NCBI GenBank assembly: GCA_951406725.2
Contig: OX597815.1
Location: 127,782,001-127,846,000, forward strand
Length of the DNA stretch: 64,000 nucleotides
Source: Octopus vulgaris
Lineage: Eukaryota
Direction of reading: 5' to 3'
Part shown: piece after piece, positions 36,445 through 50,959 of the stretch
Numbering within the stretch: position 1 is the stretch's first letter
Layout: every line of letters begins with the position of its first letter
Made by a program: the position numbers and the translations under genes
Notes under the pieces: model-generated
What the model was told of the DNA's origin: nothing
What the model saw: only the letters and a program-made list of their open reading frames with translations
Databases searched by the model: none

Positions 36445-37400
36445 TAATGTCTTTATCGACACATAACAGTCTTCATCCAGAAAATTCACAATTTTCTCGA
36501 CTTGACATACAAGAGCTCAATGAGATAATGGAGAAGGAAATAAAAGAGCAAATGAGGATTGAATATTTCCAAAGAATGAGATTGGTGTTGTGCTCAAAAT
36601 TGACCAGATATAATAAAATCCAAGCAGTTAATACATGAATGATAGCATCACTTCAGAATGGAACTGGAATCATAAACTGGCAAAAGAAAAAAAAACTGAT
36701 GAACATAGCTATGAAGGCAAGAAAAATGTTGACTGTGCTTGGAGCCTTCCACTCTAAGAGGGACACTAATAGGTTGTACTTGCCCAAAAGAAAGGGTGGG
36801 AGAGATTTGATCAGTTGCTAGGGTTGTATTGAAACAGGGGAAAACAGCTTAGGGTGGTATGTAAAAAATACCGTGGAATTATTGTTGAAACATGTGAAGA
36901 AATCAGCATCATTAAAATTGATAATTGTGTAAAGAAAGAAAAACTTTAAGAGGAAAAGAACACAAAAAAACAAACAGCATGGAAGGAGAAAAATGATGTA
37001 CAGTCAGTTTGCAAGAGTTATGAATGCCAAGACAGATACAGAAAAACGGCTATAAATGAGGAAGTGTTACCTGAAGATAGAAACAGAAGCACTTATATGC
37101 ACAGCTCGAGAACAAGCACTAAGGACAAAGAGAAACGATATGGTATGAACAAACCTCATAGGGTCAATGAAAATGAAAATTATAAAATCCTTTGGGATGC
37201 AATGATTCAGTGCAATTACCTGACCAGACATCAGAAACCAGACATTATTGTGGTGTATAAAAAAGGAAAGAACTTGCATGATAACTGACATAGCATGTCC
37301 TAATGACAACAGGATCAAAGAGAAAGAAAAAAAACTGAACAACTACGATGATTTGAAGTGGGAAATATGAAGGTTGTGGTCAATGACAAGAGTAGATGTG
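36445..37400 (+). mobile_element. R4/Dong-like LINE 3' portion with RLE motif
   Basis: RLYLPKRKGGRDLI, LKIETEALICTAREQAL, KILWD...KPDIIVV and DIACPND (PD...D endonuclease) motifs. Confidence 0.8.
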
Positions 37401-37979
37401 ATGCTTGTATATGTAGACGATATGCTTGTACATACATACATCGTATATGTCTACATATACAAACACTACACAACATGGTATGAACCTTATACATTTATAC
37501 ATACAGATACACACACATATATACACACAACCAAATACACAAAAGCACATATATACATACACACATATGAACATGCAGTCCTTATAAATGTACATATAGA
37601 TGTAAATATATACATATATACTCATAAGTACTTACAAATATACTCATAAACACATACATCTACACTGACATATACATATATGAGGTTCACATAAGTACAT
37701 ACATATACATATACGATAGTCTGACAAGCGCATCTACAGACATATATGGGTACAGGGATTGGGGAAACCTTTTCTCACAGAACAGGAGTGTGGTTAGCTT
37801 GGGAAGAAAGTCATGTATATTTAGATTGAAATGATGAGAGTGGGGGTGTGCTAGTGAGCATAATGTGTTAGCAAAATAGATGCTGTTTTAACATACAGTA
37901 ATACTTAAAACTTTTATTATTATTATCATTATTATTGTTGTTGTTGTTACTATTATTATTGTTTGCATTATTCCTTCAT

Positions 37980-39945
37980 AACACAGTGTAAGTAAAAATG
38001 CACCAGAGTCTTTAGTCATCTGTCAAGTCTCAACGAGGACCTCAGACAGATAATACTTTCCTTAAGATGTGTGCTATGCCCAATAAGGCTGCTTTTTGCA
38101 TAACGTCAATCTTGCATGGGATTTCCAGTTATCTTAAGAAGTTTTGAAGTTTCAATGGGATTGAGCCCAATGCTCCAATCACCACTGATATCACTTTTAC
38201 ATTACCCTCTCACATTCCATACAGTCTTGCCATTTCCACTTTCAATTTGGAGTACTTAGTGATTTTTTCAACCTTTTTATTCCCAACATTCATGTCATTT
38301 GGTATGGCTACAACAATGACTATTTGTCTTCCTTATTCAATATGACAATATCCTGCAGACAGTGTTCAATAACACGATCTGTCTTAAAATCATAGTCCCA
38401 GAGTATCATTACTTTTCCATCCTCCTGCATAACTTTACTTGATACATGCTCACACCAGTTCTCTGTTACTTCATATTGGTATTTATGGCATAAAAGCCAA
38501 TGTAGATACACACACACTTTATCATGGCGGCTTTTGTATTCTTTTTGAGCATGGCTCTCACAACTATTTACCAAGTGGGTCACATTTTCCACACTCTTTC
38601 CACAGTCTGTAATTTTGGGTGTCAGAAGTTTTATATGATCAGGCTTTCAGTGGTACACTTCAAATCATCTCGTTCAAGCCATGCCCACAATGCTGTATTA
38701 TCCTTAACATCTTGTGTATTCCTTTCAAACTGTCCATGCATTCTCATTTCAAGGTCTTCTTTTCTCTTCTCCTCAGCTCTTTGGTTAAACTTTTCCTTAC
38801 CTGTCATTTCATCTGCATTTACACCCATATCTCTCATGGCATATCGCAGCAGGTCTTCATCATTATTTATCAAATACTCAGCAAGTGTTCTCCTTTCACT
38901 CCTTATACAATGGTCTATACTAATTAGTTCTCTGCTACCATTCTTTCTTTTTGTATACATACTGTTTATGTTTGCTTTAGGGTGTAGCACTCCATGCAGC
39001 GTCATCAACTTTCTCGTCCTTCTATCCAGTGTTGATATTTCCTCCATAGTCCATTTGAGGATGAATGCACTATATCTGACCACTGCAACTGCCCAGATAT
39101 TCATTGCGGTAATCAAATTTTTGGCATTCAGCTTGGATTTCAACACCATCTTCACCCTTTTTTGATACGCCTCGCTGACTTTGACTTTCATTTCTCTGTG
39201 CAGAATGTCATCCAACTCCAAAATCCTTAAATATCTATACCCATTACCGTTGGGTTCACCCATAGTATCTCCTGATGGTAACTGCAATCCTCTGCAGGCT
39301 GCTTTCTTCCCTCTTTTCATATTAAGTACTGAGTATTTGGTAATCCCAAATTCCATACCAATGTCACTACCACACTTCTGGACTTTTTTGGTTAAGGAAT
39401 CTATCTATTTTTCAGATTTCCCAAACAATTTCAGGTCATCCAAAACCAGAAGATGATTCAAAGATGGGCCTTTCTTCCCACATCGGTAACCCATGTTAAC
39501 TTTCCTAAGTGTTATTGTTATGGATATTAGTGAAATTACAAAAAGTAATGGTGAAAACTAGTCACCTTGGAAGATTCCCCTTTTAATATTAACTTCTTCA
39601 AAGAATACATTACTTGAGTGCAATTTGGTTTTCTACTTTTTCATGCTATGCATCAGAAAATTTGTGATGTCAGCAACACCAAACATCTGCAGGCATTCAA
39701 CAATCCAAGAATGAGGCATCATATCATATGCATTCTTAAAGCCAATCCAAGTTATAGATATGTTTGTATGATGTTTTATACAATGTCTCAAAACTGTTTT
39801 ATCGATGACCAGGTGATCCTTGGCACCCTGAGAACTCTTACTACATCCTTTTTGTTCTCTTGGTAGTATTTCTTCCTGTGCCAGGAAAGGGTATGTCTTT
39901 GCTGCACATATTCCAGTGAGTATCTTCCAGATTATGTTTAGGCAT
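37980..39945 (-). mobile_element. R4/Dong-like LINE (RT, zinc knuckle, RLE), degenerate
   Basis: GIFQGD, DDLKL, GMEFG, AMNIWAVAVVRYS, ENVTHLVNSC...YKSRHDKV, ILWD and QKAALLGIAHILRKVL motifs; (ATT)n tracts on both sides. Confidence 0.88.
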
Positions 39946-40154
39946 TATTATTATTATTATTATTAATATTATTATTATCATCATCATCATCATTATCATC
40001 ATCATCATCATCATAATTATTAATACACCCTATGCCACATAATATAAATTAACTTCCCAAGCTATATACTATCATATGAACATAGGAGCATATAAAAAAT
40101 CATACTGATCCAATCTACATACTACCATAAAATAGAGAATTCGTACTAATCTAA

Positions 40155-41400
40155 GCTACATGGGGGTGGATGCTCAGAGAGTGTTAGCACTAGAATAAGA
40201 ATAGCTTGGGCAAAGTTTAGAAAACTTCTACCCCTACTGGCGACAAAGGGTTTCTCACTCAGAGTGGAAGGTAGATTGTACAATGCATGTGTGCGAACTG
40301 CCATGCTTCACAGCAGTGAAACATGGGCTTTGACTGTGGGAGCATGCATAGGCTCGGAAGAAATGAAGCTAGCATGATCTGCTGAATGTGTAATGTCAGT
40401 GTCCATGCATGACAGAGCATAAGTGCCTTGAGAGAAATGTTGGATATAAGAAGCATCGAATGCGGCATGCAGGAGAGACATTTGCGCTGGTATGGTCATG
40501 TATTATGGATGGATGAGGAGAGATGTGTGAAGAAGTGCCACCCCCAAACTGTTGAAGGAATCCAGGGTAGAGGTAGACCCAGGATGAGGTGGTCAAGCAT
40601 GACCTTCGTACGTTGGGCCTCACAGAGGCAATGATGAAAGACCAAGACCTCTGGAGATATGCTGTGACTTCAAAGACCTGACAAATGAAGTGAGTTCATG
40701 GCTCACAGGACAGCCTGCTGTGCTAACCTTGGTTTTTAGGGTGACCTGCTGTGCTTGAGGAGACCTATTGTGTCAAGTACATCAACATCAAAATAAAAAC
40801 CAAATAGAAATTGTAGTTGTGATAGCCATGCTAGTTGCACGTTGGGCCTCACAGAGGAAATGATGAAGACCGAGACCTCTGAGATATGCTGTGACTGTGA
40901 AGACCCGACAAAAGAAGTGACTTCATGGCTCACAGGACGGCCTGCTGTGCTAACCTTGGATCGTAGAGTGACTCGCTGTTCTTGAGGAGACGTATTGAGT
41001 CAAGTACGTCAACGTTAACACCAACATCAAAATGAAAATCAAATGGAAATTGTAGTTAAGGTACTCATGCCAGTGGCACGTAAAAAGCACCATCTGAATG
41101 TGGCTGATGCCAGCACCGCCTGACTGGCTTCCATGTTGGTGACATGTAAAAAGTACCAACCGATCGTGGCCATTTGCCAGCCTCCTCTGGCCCCTGTGCC
41201 TGTGGCATATAAAAAGCATCCACTACACTCACGGAGTGGTTGGCGTTAGGAAGGGCATCCAGCTGTAGAAACACTGCCAGATCAGAGTGGAGCCTGGCAC
41301 AGCCTCCTGGTTTCCCAGACCCTGGTCAAACCATCCAGCCCATGCTAGCATGGAAAATGGACGTTATACGATGATAATGATGATGATGATGATGATGATG
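40155..41400 (+). mobile_element. RTE LINE 3' portion with an internal ~120-bp tandem duplication and tail
   Basis: RHLRWYGHVL and GRGRPR motifs; 40610-40735 is repeated at 40840-40960; module array and (GAT)n. Confidence 0.85.
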
Positions 41401-41402
41401 AT

Positions 41403-44400
41403 ATTAATGATAAGAAAAATGAACAATTTGAACATTCAGACTGTATGATTAATTACAGTTGGTTTATTTATAATAATTGTCCGACACATTTTGATTGCAT
41501 TAATTGCATATTATTGTATATTTATATGCAGCAATTTATGCATTATTAGTATACTCTCTTCAGAGGAATTTTCCTCCATTATTAGTTTGAATTAGACTTT
41601 GTAGCTGTAGTTGTAAACCATGATGTTTATCAATGAGCTGTTATTAAAAACTCATTGTTTGGGTAAAAATTCAGCAGTGATTGTTGAAGTTGACAAATTT
41701 TCTTGGTCCAGTGGTTACTTGTAGAATACCTTTTTCTTAATGATTCTAAATTCTTTATAGTCGCATATTTTTTGTTTTGCTTTTTGTTTTTTGGTGGATT
41801 TCAGAGTTCTATTTGAATTCTTTGTGATGGATATGATAATGGTAGTGGATAATTACTGGTCAGTAGGCACCATGCAGCTAATAAAAAGAAGTAGTCAGTT
41901 GTAGTTCGAAAACTTTTCTAACTTATTATCATTGTTTTAAAGTGCTGTTAGGCTATATTATATATAATCTTATAAGTTGAATTTTGTTCCTATATTCCTT
42001 ATATGTGTCTTAATTTATTATAGTTATTATAGTTATGTTTAGAAAAAGTTTATTGAAATTGCATAAATTAATGAATTCTATTATTTACATTTTTTTAAAA
42101 ATAAGATGTTGTTTGTGAAAGTAATTAAAACTTCTTTCTTGCTTAGTGTAATTGAATGATTCAACAATATTCCTAATAAAAACCAAACTAAATTCCTTAA
42201 AATAGATATCTCAAATTATTCCAGTTCAATTAACCTTATTCTACTTAATAACACACTAATTTATGCAATGAATAACTCAGGGCTAAATAGAGAAGAAGTA
42301 AATGTTATCTTGACAGCTTCAAAGTCAATCATTTAATTTGAAGATAAATACTGGATTAGAAAAGATCAGCCAGATATGTTGAACATTACTATGGGCTCAA
42401 TATATTCAGCACAGGTGACAGATTTAGACAGAATCTATAAACTAGCATGCATTAACAGGGAATTCCCTCAAGTCGGAGGAGTTCTATATAGGGATGATAT
42501 GCTTTTCATACTGTCTAGCCATTCAAATAAAGATATAGAAAAATATAGAAAAGAAATTCTTCAAATTCTTCGAAAACTTGAGATTTAGCATATCAGTTGA
42601 AGAGGAGCATAATTCAGTAAACTTCCCTGATATAACACTAGATCTAAAAATCAAATACTTACCAACTATAGTGCCAACCCAATGAAAACCTCAAATATAT
42701 AAACATAAACAGTAACCATCTGGCTAACATAACACACAAATTCTTAGAAAGTATTTCAACCCATATCTCTAATCTCTCTGCTAATGAAGAAATTTTAAAA
42801 TTAAATTCAGCTCTAGAAAAAACAGGATACAGGAAAAAAATTAAAATTTTATAAAACTAATAACAGTGTGGATAATAATAATACAACACAAATTAGCTCA
42901 GGAACCAGCGATAATAATAGAATAGTTAATTCTGAAAACAAAAATAAAGCTAAAGGGGATAAAAAAATAAAAATAGGGATATGGTAAATGATTATAACAA
43001 ATGTATGAATAAAAAAAAATACAGCCATAATAATGATTGATGTCTAACCACTAGCATAACAATCTAACGAACAATAACAAAATACAACATTCTAATAATA
43101 TGAAAAGCTATAACAACTTTAACACCCAACCTAAATTAACTGATAAAAAATACTATCATAATAAAATTAAGCACAAAATCTCTTACACAATAGGGAATAA
43201 AGTTAAAATATTCTCTCTGATCATATACACTAATTACAATTCAATCTATAAGTTAAGGAATTGTTCTAAAGATATAGACTGGATGATAAATCCCTTCCCT
43301 AAACAGGTTAAATCAAATATACCTAGAATTTTCTATGAAGCATTAGATAATTTTTTCTGGTAACAAATAAATACCATAATTTATCTAATAAAGGAAAAAC
43401 AAAAATATCATTCTCCAACTCAAAAAATTTAGCTCAAATCATAGCCGCCCACAATAACAAGTAAATTGCAAAAGCACAAGAAAATAACATTCATAAGGTA
43501 AATAAAAGTGAAACCAAATTAAAGGTAATAATGATAATAATAACAATTTTAAAAACGATAGTAAGAGGATTAACACAAATTTTAGTGAAACCACCACTAG
43601 GGAAACAAAGACCAAAGGGAAGCTACTCAAATAATTCCATTGATCCTATAAGTAAAAGACAGACACACATGATGATTAGAAAGAGTAATGTCTATTAGGA
43701 AAACAACAATAATAATAAAGATAATCAGCAAAAATATAAAAGAGACACAAACTTTATAAAATCTAATAATGAAGACATAGCTAGCTTAATACACAGAAAA
43801 TGTGATTGTGCTACAACACAAGGCAAATTTTAAAATAACTGTAAGGTAGGAAATACTGACTATAGATGTATACTCACAATTGATAAAAATAAATATTACT
43901 ATATAGGGGCTAGCTCATGCTTAATAAAACAGAGAAGGTGGAGGTAAAGACAATGGACTGCACACCCTTTGGGATTTTTTTTTACAGGAACCCACTACAT
44001 CAAGTGTGGAGATTCTGAATCTGCAAAAATTCTGTATTTCAAAATTTAAAATCCTGTCCCCTAAATTTTCACTTTTTTAAAAAGTTTTTTTGGCAAAATA
44101 TGTACAAAAATACAGAGATTATGATTCTGAAAAAAAATTCTGTCAAATTTCAATTTTTAAAATAAATAAATGAATGAATAAACACCACCCTCCCCTCCAC
44201 TCTATGACAAGAAGTGAAATTAAAGTGTTTTCTCTACTAATGTTGTGGTCAGGGTCTTTTGGAATTAAGAGAGGTATGTAAAAATCATATTTTTTGCGCA
44301 CACACACACACACAACAAAATGACATTTAAAAAAAATTTTCTCTTTTGGTAATTCATATTTAGAAAGTTGATCCTCGTTTGGCTGTTAGATTTCTGGTTG

Positions 44401-45240
44401 TGGTGGATTTAAATTTTGAAATTTTTTCTTTGGTAATTCGTATTAAAATTTAGAGATGCAGATTTTTTTTTTTGCAGATTCAGAATCTCAACACTCGATA
44501 TAGCGGGTTCCAGTAAAAAAAGAAACAAAAAAATCCCAAAGGGGGTGCAGTCCATTGTCTTTATCTCTGCCAACAAAGAATAGCAAATCATGAAAGTTTG
44601 TTTAGAAATAATTCTAGAAAATTTTCAACAAGACTTAGCAAGATTATATGGTCACTCAAAGATGAAAATGTTAAATATTCATCAAAATGGGAAATTATTA
44701 GTACTGCAAGACATGACAAAATAGGGGATTAAAAAAGGCAATTTATACTTGTAGGAACTATACCAAATATTTACTTTGAAAAATAAGTTATTCAATAACT
44801 TATTCAAAGGAAAAATATTCTATGAACTACTGCTCCCTAACAGACCAAAAATATTTGTTAACTTCAACAAAAACTGCTGCTGGTGCTGCTGAATTTTTAT
44901 CCAAACAATCAGTTGCAAATAACAGTTCTCCCATGCCAGTTGCACATAAAAAGCACCATTCAAGTGTGGCTGATGACAATGCCACCTGACTCGCCCCACT
45001 TGGTTTACTACTACTGCTGCCAAGCCTAGTTCAAACTAATAATGGAGGAAAATTCCTCTTCGAGCAATGTCATACTTATACACCCTGAAGAGATCATACT
45101 AATAATGCATAGATTGCTGCATATAAATATACAATTAATACAATTGAAACATGTCTGACAATTATTATAAATAAACCAACTGTAATTAAACCTAAAGTCT
45201 GAATGTTCAAATTGTTTGTTCTCTTTATTATCAATATTGT
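41403..45240 (+). mobile_element. Penelope-like element (RT + GIY-YIG, decayed) bracketed by diverged inverted terminal regions
   Basis: ITMGSIYSAQVTDL and GVLYRDDML (RT) and KYYYIGASSCLIKQR/IANH (GIY-YIG) motifs. 41403-41710 is an inverted homolog of 44842-45238. Confidence 0.8.
43937..44571. mobile_element. MITE with ~95-bp TIRs and a 9-bp TSD (MULE- or Merlin-like), inserted in the Penelope GIY-YIG region
   Basis: aacagagaa|GGTGGAGGTAAAGACAATGGACTGCAC...GTGCAGTCCATTGTCTTTATCTCTGCC|aacaaagaa. The TSD has one mismatch, and the host frame LIKQR/IANH is split at this site. Confidence 0.85.
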
Positions 45241-45391
45241 ACTTTACACTCTAAGTAGTTGGGAAAAAATTGTAACATTGGATGGAAGTTTCTAGGAAAT
45301 TTACCATAAAACCAAGAAACCAGCCTTGGCATTTTACATAGAGAAATTCATTATCTGCCTGAAAATTATATCCCTCCTCTTACTATGTATG

Positions 45392-45429
<38 letters not shown>

Positions 45430-45436
45430 TATACAT

Positions 45437-46655
45437 GATCATCATCATCATCGTCATCGTTTAACATCCGTTTTCAATGCTAGCATGGGTTGGACAGTTC
45501 GACTGGGGTCTGGGAAGCAGGAGGCTACACCAGGCTCCAGTCTGGTCTAGCAGTGTTTCTACAGCTGGATGCCCTTCTTAACATCAACCACTCCATGAGT
45601 GTAGTGGGTGCTTTTTACGTACCACTGGCACAGAGCCAGAGGAGGCTGACAACGGCCACAATCAGGTGGTGCTTTTTACATGCCACCAGCATGGAAGCCA
45701 GTCAAGGCAGTGCTGGCATCGGCTACGTTTGGATGGAGCTTTTTAGATTCCACCGACACAGGTATCACAGCTACAATTTCCATTTGATTTTCATTTTGAT
45801 GTTGATGTACTTGACTCAACAGGTCTCCTCAAGCACAGCAGGTTACCCTACAATCCAAGGTACTTTCGAATGGGCTAGGGCTGGTTATGCAAAACTGGTG
45901 TAGGATACAGCCATTAACTCACTTTATTTGCCGGGCCTTCGCAGTCACAGCATATCTCCAGAGGTCTCTGTCTTTCATCATTGCCTCTGTGAGGCCCAAC
46001 GTATGAAGGTCATGCTTGACCACCTCATCCCATGTCTTCCTGGGTCTACCTCTACCCCAGATTCCTTCAACTGTTTGGGAGTGGCACTTCACACAGCTCT
46101 CCTCATCCATCCATAGTACATGACCATACCAGTGCAAACGTCTCTCTTGCACACCACATGTGATGCTTCTTATGTCCAACATTTTTCTCAGGACACTTAC
46201 ACTCTGTTGTGTATGCACACTGACATTACACATCCAGTGGATCATGCTTGCTTCATTTCTTTTGAGCCTACACATGTCCTCTGCAGTCACAGCCCATGTT
46301 TCACTGCCATGAAGCATGGCAGTTTGCACACAGGCATCGTACAATCTACCTTTCACTCTGAGTGAAAGGCTTTTGTCACCAGTAGGTGTAAAAGCTTTCT
46401 GAAATTTGCCCAGGCTATTCTTATTCTAGGGGCAATGTTCACTGAGCATCCACCCCAACTACTAACTTGGTCACCTTGGTAGCAGAAGCTATCAACTACT
46501 TCTAGTTTTTCCCCCTGGAGTATGATGGAATCTTTTTTCTGAGCATCTGTGGTGTTTATTGCCCCTGTGCATCTACAGCACATGAAAGCTATCTTCTCAG
46601 TTAATCTTCCTTTGATGTTGCTGCACCTTTTATGTGTCCATAGCTTACACTGGAA
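45437..46655 (-). mobile_element. RTE LINE 3' portion with tail
   Basis: ORFs 46353-46730 (CKLWTHKRC...FMCCRC) and 45919-46356 ([26 protein letters not shown]). Confidence 0.9.
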
Positions 46656-46734
46656 ACGTTGAACACAATGAGAAACGAAAACATAAAAACAACAGCTTTC
46701 TAGCTTTTCTGTCAAGTTTCTGTATGTCACTTTA

Positions 46735-47695
46735 GGTTCAATCTACAATTCCAAATCCATATATGATTACTGGCACTGCCCTTTAATTTATGCTTCAATA
46801 ACATATTTTGAATTCTCTCCTCATATACTCCTTACTGGCAATTTGTCTTATCTCTTCATGTTTTATCTGCTTTCACTATCTCCAAATAGTTATACCACTG
46901 TCCTCTCTCAACTGCTTGCATTGTTTGACCATTTGGCATTTTAGTTCCCTGGCGTCCATCAAATTTTCTTCCTTTCATTATCAATAAAGCACATTTTTCA
47001 TATTAAATTCCATACCTGCATCATCTGACATAATACGAACAGTATGTACAAGACTTTCAAGCTACTTCTCATTTTTTGTATAAAGCTTTATACCATCCAT
47101 AAAAAGTAAATGATTTATCTTAGCACATCTTTTTTCAAAATCATAAACTACTTTAATTTTTTATAATTTCAAACTGAGTGGTATCATGACCAGTACAAAT
47201 TGTAATGGAAATAAGCTATCACCTAGAAATATATCATGTCTAATGTTCACTTTCCTGAGTTTTTGTTTACCTCCAATCAATTCAGTATTCGAATGTTTCA
47301 TACTTCCATTAACAATTTCCTCCATATTTTCTCTCATTCTAAACATGCCTATTGTTTTACTTATCTGACTGTACCATGTCATATGCCAGTTTGTAATCTA
47401 ACCATGCTACATTCAACTCCATCAATTTGCATCTACAATTTCTAATTATCATTTTATCAATTATCAAGTGGTCTTTTGTTGCCCTGCATCCTTTTTGTTC
47501 TTCTGGAAGTAAAATGTTACCTTTTAGATGTTAATATAACTTTTCTGCCAAGACACTGGTCATAGGCTTCAATATAAATGGTAAACAGGTTATAGGTCGA
47601 AAATTTTATACCAGTTTACTTTTCAAGGGATCATTGGGAAATAGTAACATTCTTCCATGTGTTTTTCAGGTAAAAATGTGACCCTGTTACAAACA
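46735..47695 (-). mobile_element. R4/Dong-like RT fragment
   Basis: FRPITCLP, IFLGDSLFPLQFVLVMIPLS and INHLLFMDG motifs. Confidence 0.75.
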
Positions 47696-47699
47696 TTCG

Positions 47700-50600
47700 T
47701 TATTATTATTATTCAGTAGTCTTATTTTTACAATGTGCTTTCACTGCACTACTGAGTACAGCTCTGTGTGACTAGAGTATGTGCTGTGGTTTATTTTGGT
47801 GACATTACTTTCACTGTAATGAAAGTGCTTTACGCAGGATGTGTGCGGTGCCTAGTAGTGCTATTTTCTGTATGTAAATACCGTAAATCCTCGAGTATAA
47901 TCCGCATTTTTTTCCCAAAATTTAAAGGTCAAAATTCCTAGTGCGTACTATATATGAGGTTAAAAATGGAAAAATATCTTCTAAGCAATGTCCAAGTCTC
48001 TATTTGCTGTCCGGCAATGTTTTTTCAGGAGCATTTTGTGATGTCAGGCGAGAAAATACCTTAAGCTAAGCCTGAAAATCATGAAAGAATCATCCATAAC
48101 TTGCAGTAAGCAATATTTATTAAAATATAAAGTATTCAGAACAGAGAATAACATGTAACAAAAACATTTTGCAAACATATTTACATTCCCATATAACAGT
48201 TAAGAACATCACCATTATTGTATTATGCATGCGCAGAAGTGTTTGTTTGACTAGGTGCTGCTGGCTTAATTACGCACAAATTGTGCTTCATAGTTTAGCA
48301 CTAAAAAGCTCATCCTGCTGTTTGTATTGGCAGTTTGCATCATTACCGTGGTAAACAATAGATACTTAATTAAATATCAGTATTAAATGTTTGAAATATG
48401 GTGGGTCTTTACTCAGGCTTCTCTATAAGCAGAACTTAAACCTGTACATTAATCTCCAATAAAACATTTTATACATTACATGCCCATAGAACTTATTCAG
48501 CTATGTTTAAACTTGAAGTTATATCATATGCTGAAGAGCATGGTAATAGGGCCATTGGAAGAAAATTTGATGTTGACGAAAGCAATGTCATGTTATAGAG
48601 AAGAAATAAAGATGAAATTAAACAGATGCCAAAGATAAAGAAGGCAAGAAGGGGGAAAATGCCAAACATCCTGAGCTTGAAAAACTTTTGCTTGAATGGA
48701 TAGAAGAAAGAAGACTTGGTGGAATAGCCATTAATACATTACATTTGAGGCTACAGGCAAAAACTCATTGCTAAAATGATAAAACTTAATGAGTCAGAAT
48801 TTAAAGCAGTAACTTTATGTCAAGGCATAAAGTCGTTCACTAAAGGTGGGAGGGTTCACGCTCCTGACCTGACTTTGATATGCAAATGAATCGTGTATGC
48901 ATGGAATGAGCTTGATTCCCAGATTATTGTGAAATGTTTTATTAAATCTTGTATATCGTCTGCACTGGATGGTACTCAGGATGACGTTGTATGGAAAGAT
49001 GAAATAAATGAAAGTGAATCTTCTGATGTTGACTATGAATCTGACAATGACGGAGATTTACACTACAATGATGCTGACATGTTTACAGAGGAACAAATAG
49101 AACAGTTATTTGATGCTGAAAGTAACGTTGAATTTGAAGGATTTGAATAAATGTTTTTGCTTTTGCTTTTGTAACTGATAGTGATAAATATATAAAGGCA
49201 ATTTGCTTAATATTTATTTTTCACTGACGTTATTACTGTTATTTCTTTATTTTCTGCAAACAAAATGCACAAAAAAGCTACACATTTGCATTATGTTATA
49301 TATACAGTAATAATAAAGGATGTTACCATATACATTTTTACAAACCAAGGACATTATGTAGACCTTCTTGACTCAAGTTTGAGAAGGGATGCATATTATA
49401 CACAAGGTTTAGGTTTTACGGGGGTACAGCCGCCCTAAAAATCCCCTGCATATTATACTCAAGGGCAGAGTCATATCTAATGCACCTATTATTACAGGGA
49501 TTGTTTATGTTTTTGGGCTCCACATTCAAGTTACCCCTATTTCCAGATCTTTATATTTTGAGAGTTTCTCCATTTCTTTTAGAGATACATTATCATCTGT
49601 TGGAATTGATACATCGATTAGAAGGCATTCTTTTTTCTTGATGATCTCTGACAACTACATCCAATCTAATAGATCTTTCAAACAGTATGTATCAGTATGG
49701 TTGCTTTGTCCTTTTCTGAGATCTTTTTCTGATATATGCCAATACTATCTTTTTTGTGTTGTCATTCCATAGCTTCCAGCGTATATAGGTCCCAATTCTA
49801 TCATGTCTGTGGATATATTCCTTCTAACCAGGACTGGGCAACCAGAGAAAATATGATTTATTGTTTCTTCCCCACCACCACATTTTCTGCAGTTACATAT
49901 TGTATCTTCTTTATGTGATTTCTGGTGGGGAGGCCTCGATCTTGTGCTGCAAGTAAAAATCCTTCTTTACTTTGAGTCCTTAGCTTTTCAATCATTGTTG
50001 GGATGTTTTTACTTTGTCTATTTCTTTCTGTTTAGTTTATCCCAGTATTTGCCATGTAAGGTCTTTCCTTGCCATCGTTTTATCATGGTATTTTGTCATT
50101 TCAGTTTAGTTTGAATTTCAGCTGCTTTACAGCTTTTGTTATTTGCTCTTTTCCTTCATAGTTGTCAAATACTATGACTTCTTTTTTGTTTTTGTCAACT
50201 TCCTTAAAAACAATAAACAGTTTAGGGACTATTTGACCAGTTTTTCTTGGTGCTGAGTTAGATATTTCTGTAATCCTATGGTGGTTATTTTATAATAGTT
50301 TTCTAGCTACATAAGGTCTCTGCCTCCTTTGATTCGTTCTATATATAACCTTTCTGTGTCAGATTTTGAGTGTGTATTCTAAATTCTGTTAATATTTTAT
50401 TTGTTTTCCTGTCTAGTTTGTTTAGTTCATTTAGTATCCAATGAAGAACAATTATAACTGTAATATTTATAACTGAGACAGCTAGAGTATTGATACCTAT
50501 TATCTTGTTTTTCACATTGTGCTCTGTTTTAAGTATTAATCTAACTCATCTACTGTATTCTCTCCTCATCTCTTGTTTGTGTGTATTGTTTATTGATTCC

Positions 50601-50950
50601 TAAGTGTTTGTATGTCTGGCTTTGGTCTCATTCCCTCATTTCATTTGCTTTTTTTTCTGTCATGTTGTTGCTCTTAAATAAATTTTCCCTTTTCAACTTT
50701 GCTTTGGCACGTTTTTATGAGCAGAATTTCACATTTTTGGTAAATTCATGCACTGTCTGTAGTAATGTTTCCAGTTGTTTATCTTTTGCTGCATACAGTT
50801 TTAAATCATCCATATACCAGAGATGGTTGCTTGTTTTACCATAGTAGTTATGTTTACATCCAGTTCTGTTTAGCATATCAGTTAAAGGCATCAGTATCAA
50901 GAAGGAAAGGAGTGGCGAGAGTGAAGCTCCTTGGAATATTCCTCTTTTAA
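47700..50950 (-). mobile_element. R4/Dong-like LINE (RT to 3' end), interrupted by a pogo element
   Basis: NHLWYMDDLKLYA, INTLAVSVI, WQGKTLHGKYW, LIDVSIP and IQKIALLGTAHILRKAL motifs; 3' end at (TAA)n. Confidence 0.8.
47881..49465 (+). mobile_element. pogo/Tigger-like DNA transposon, internally deleted
   Basis: ta|CCGTAAATCCTCGAGTATAA left end and ttatactcaaggg right remnant. YSAMFKLEVISYAEEHGNRAIGRKFDVDE (Brinker-like DBD), AWNELDSQIIVKCFIKSCIS and an acidic tail ending EFEGFE. Confidence 0.8.
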
Positions 50951-50959
50951 TGGGGATGG

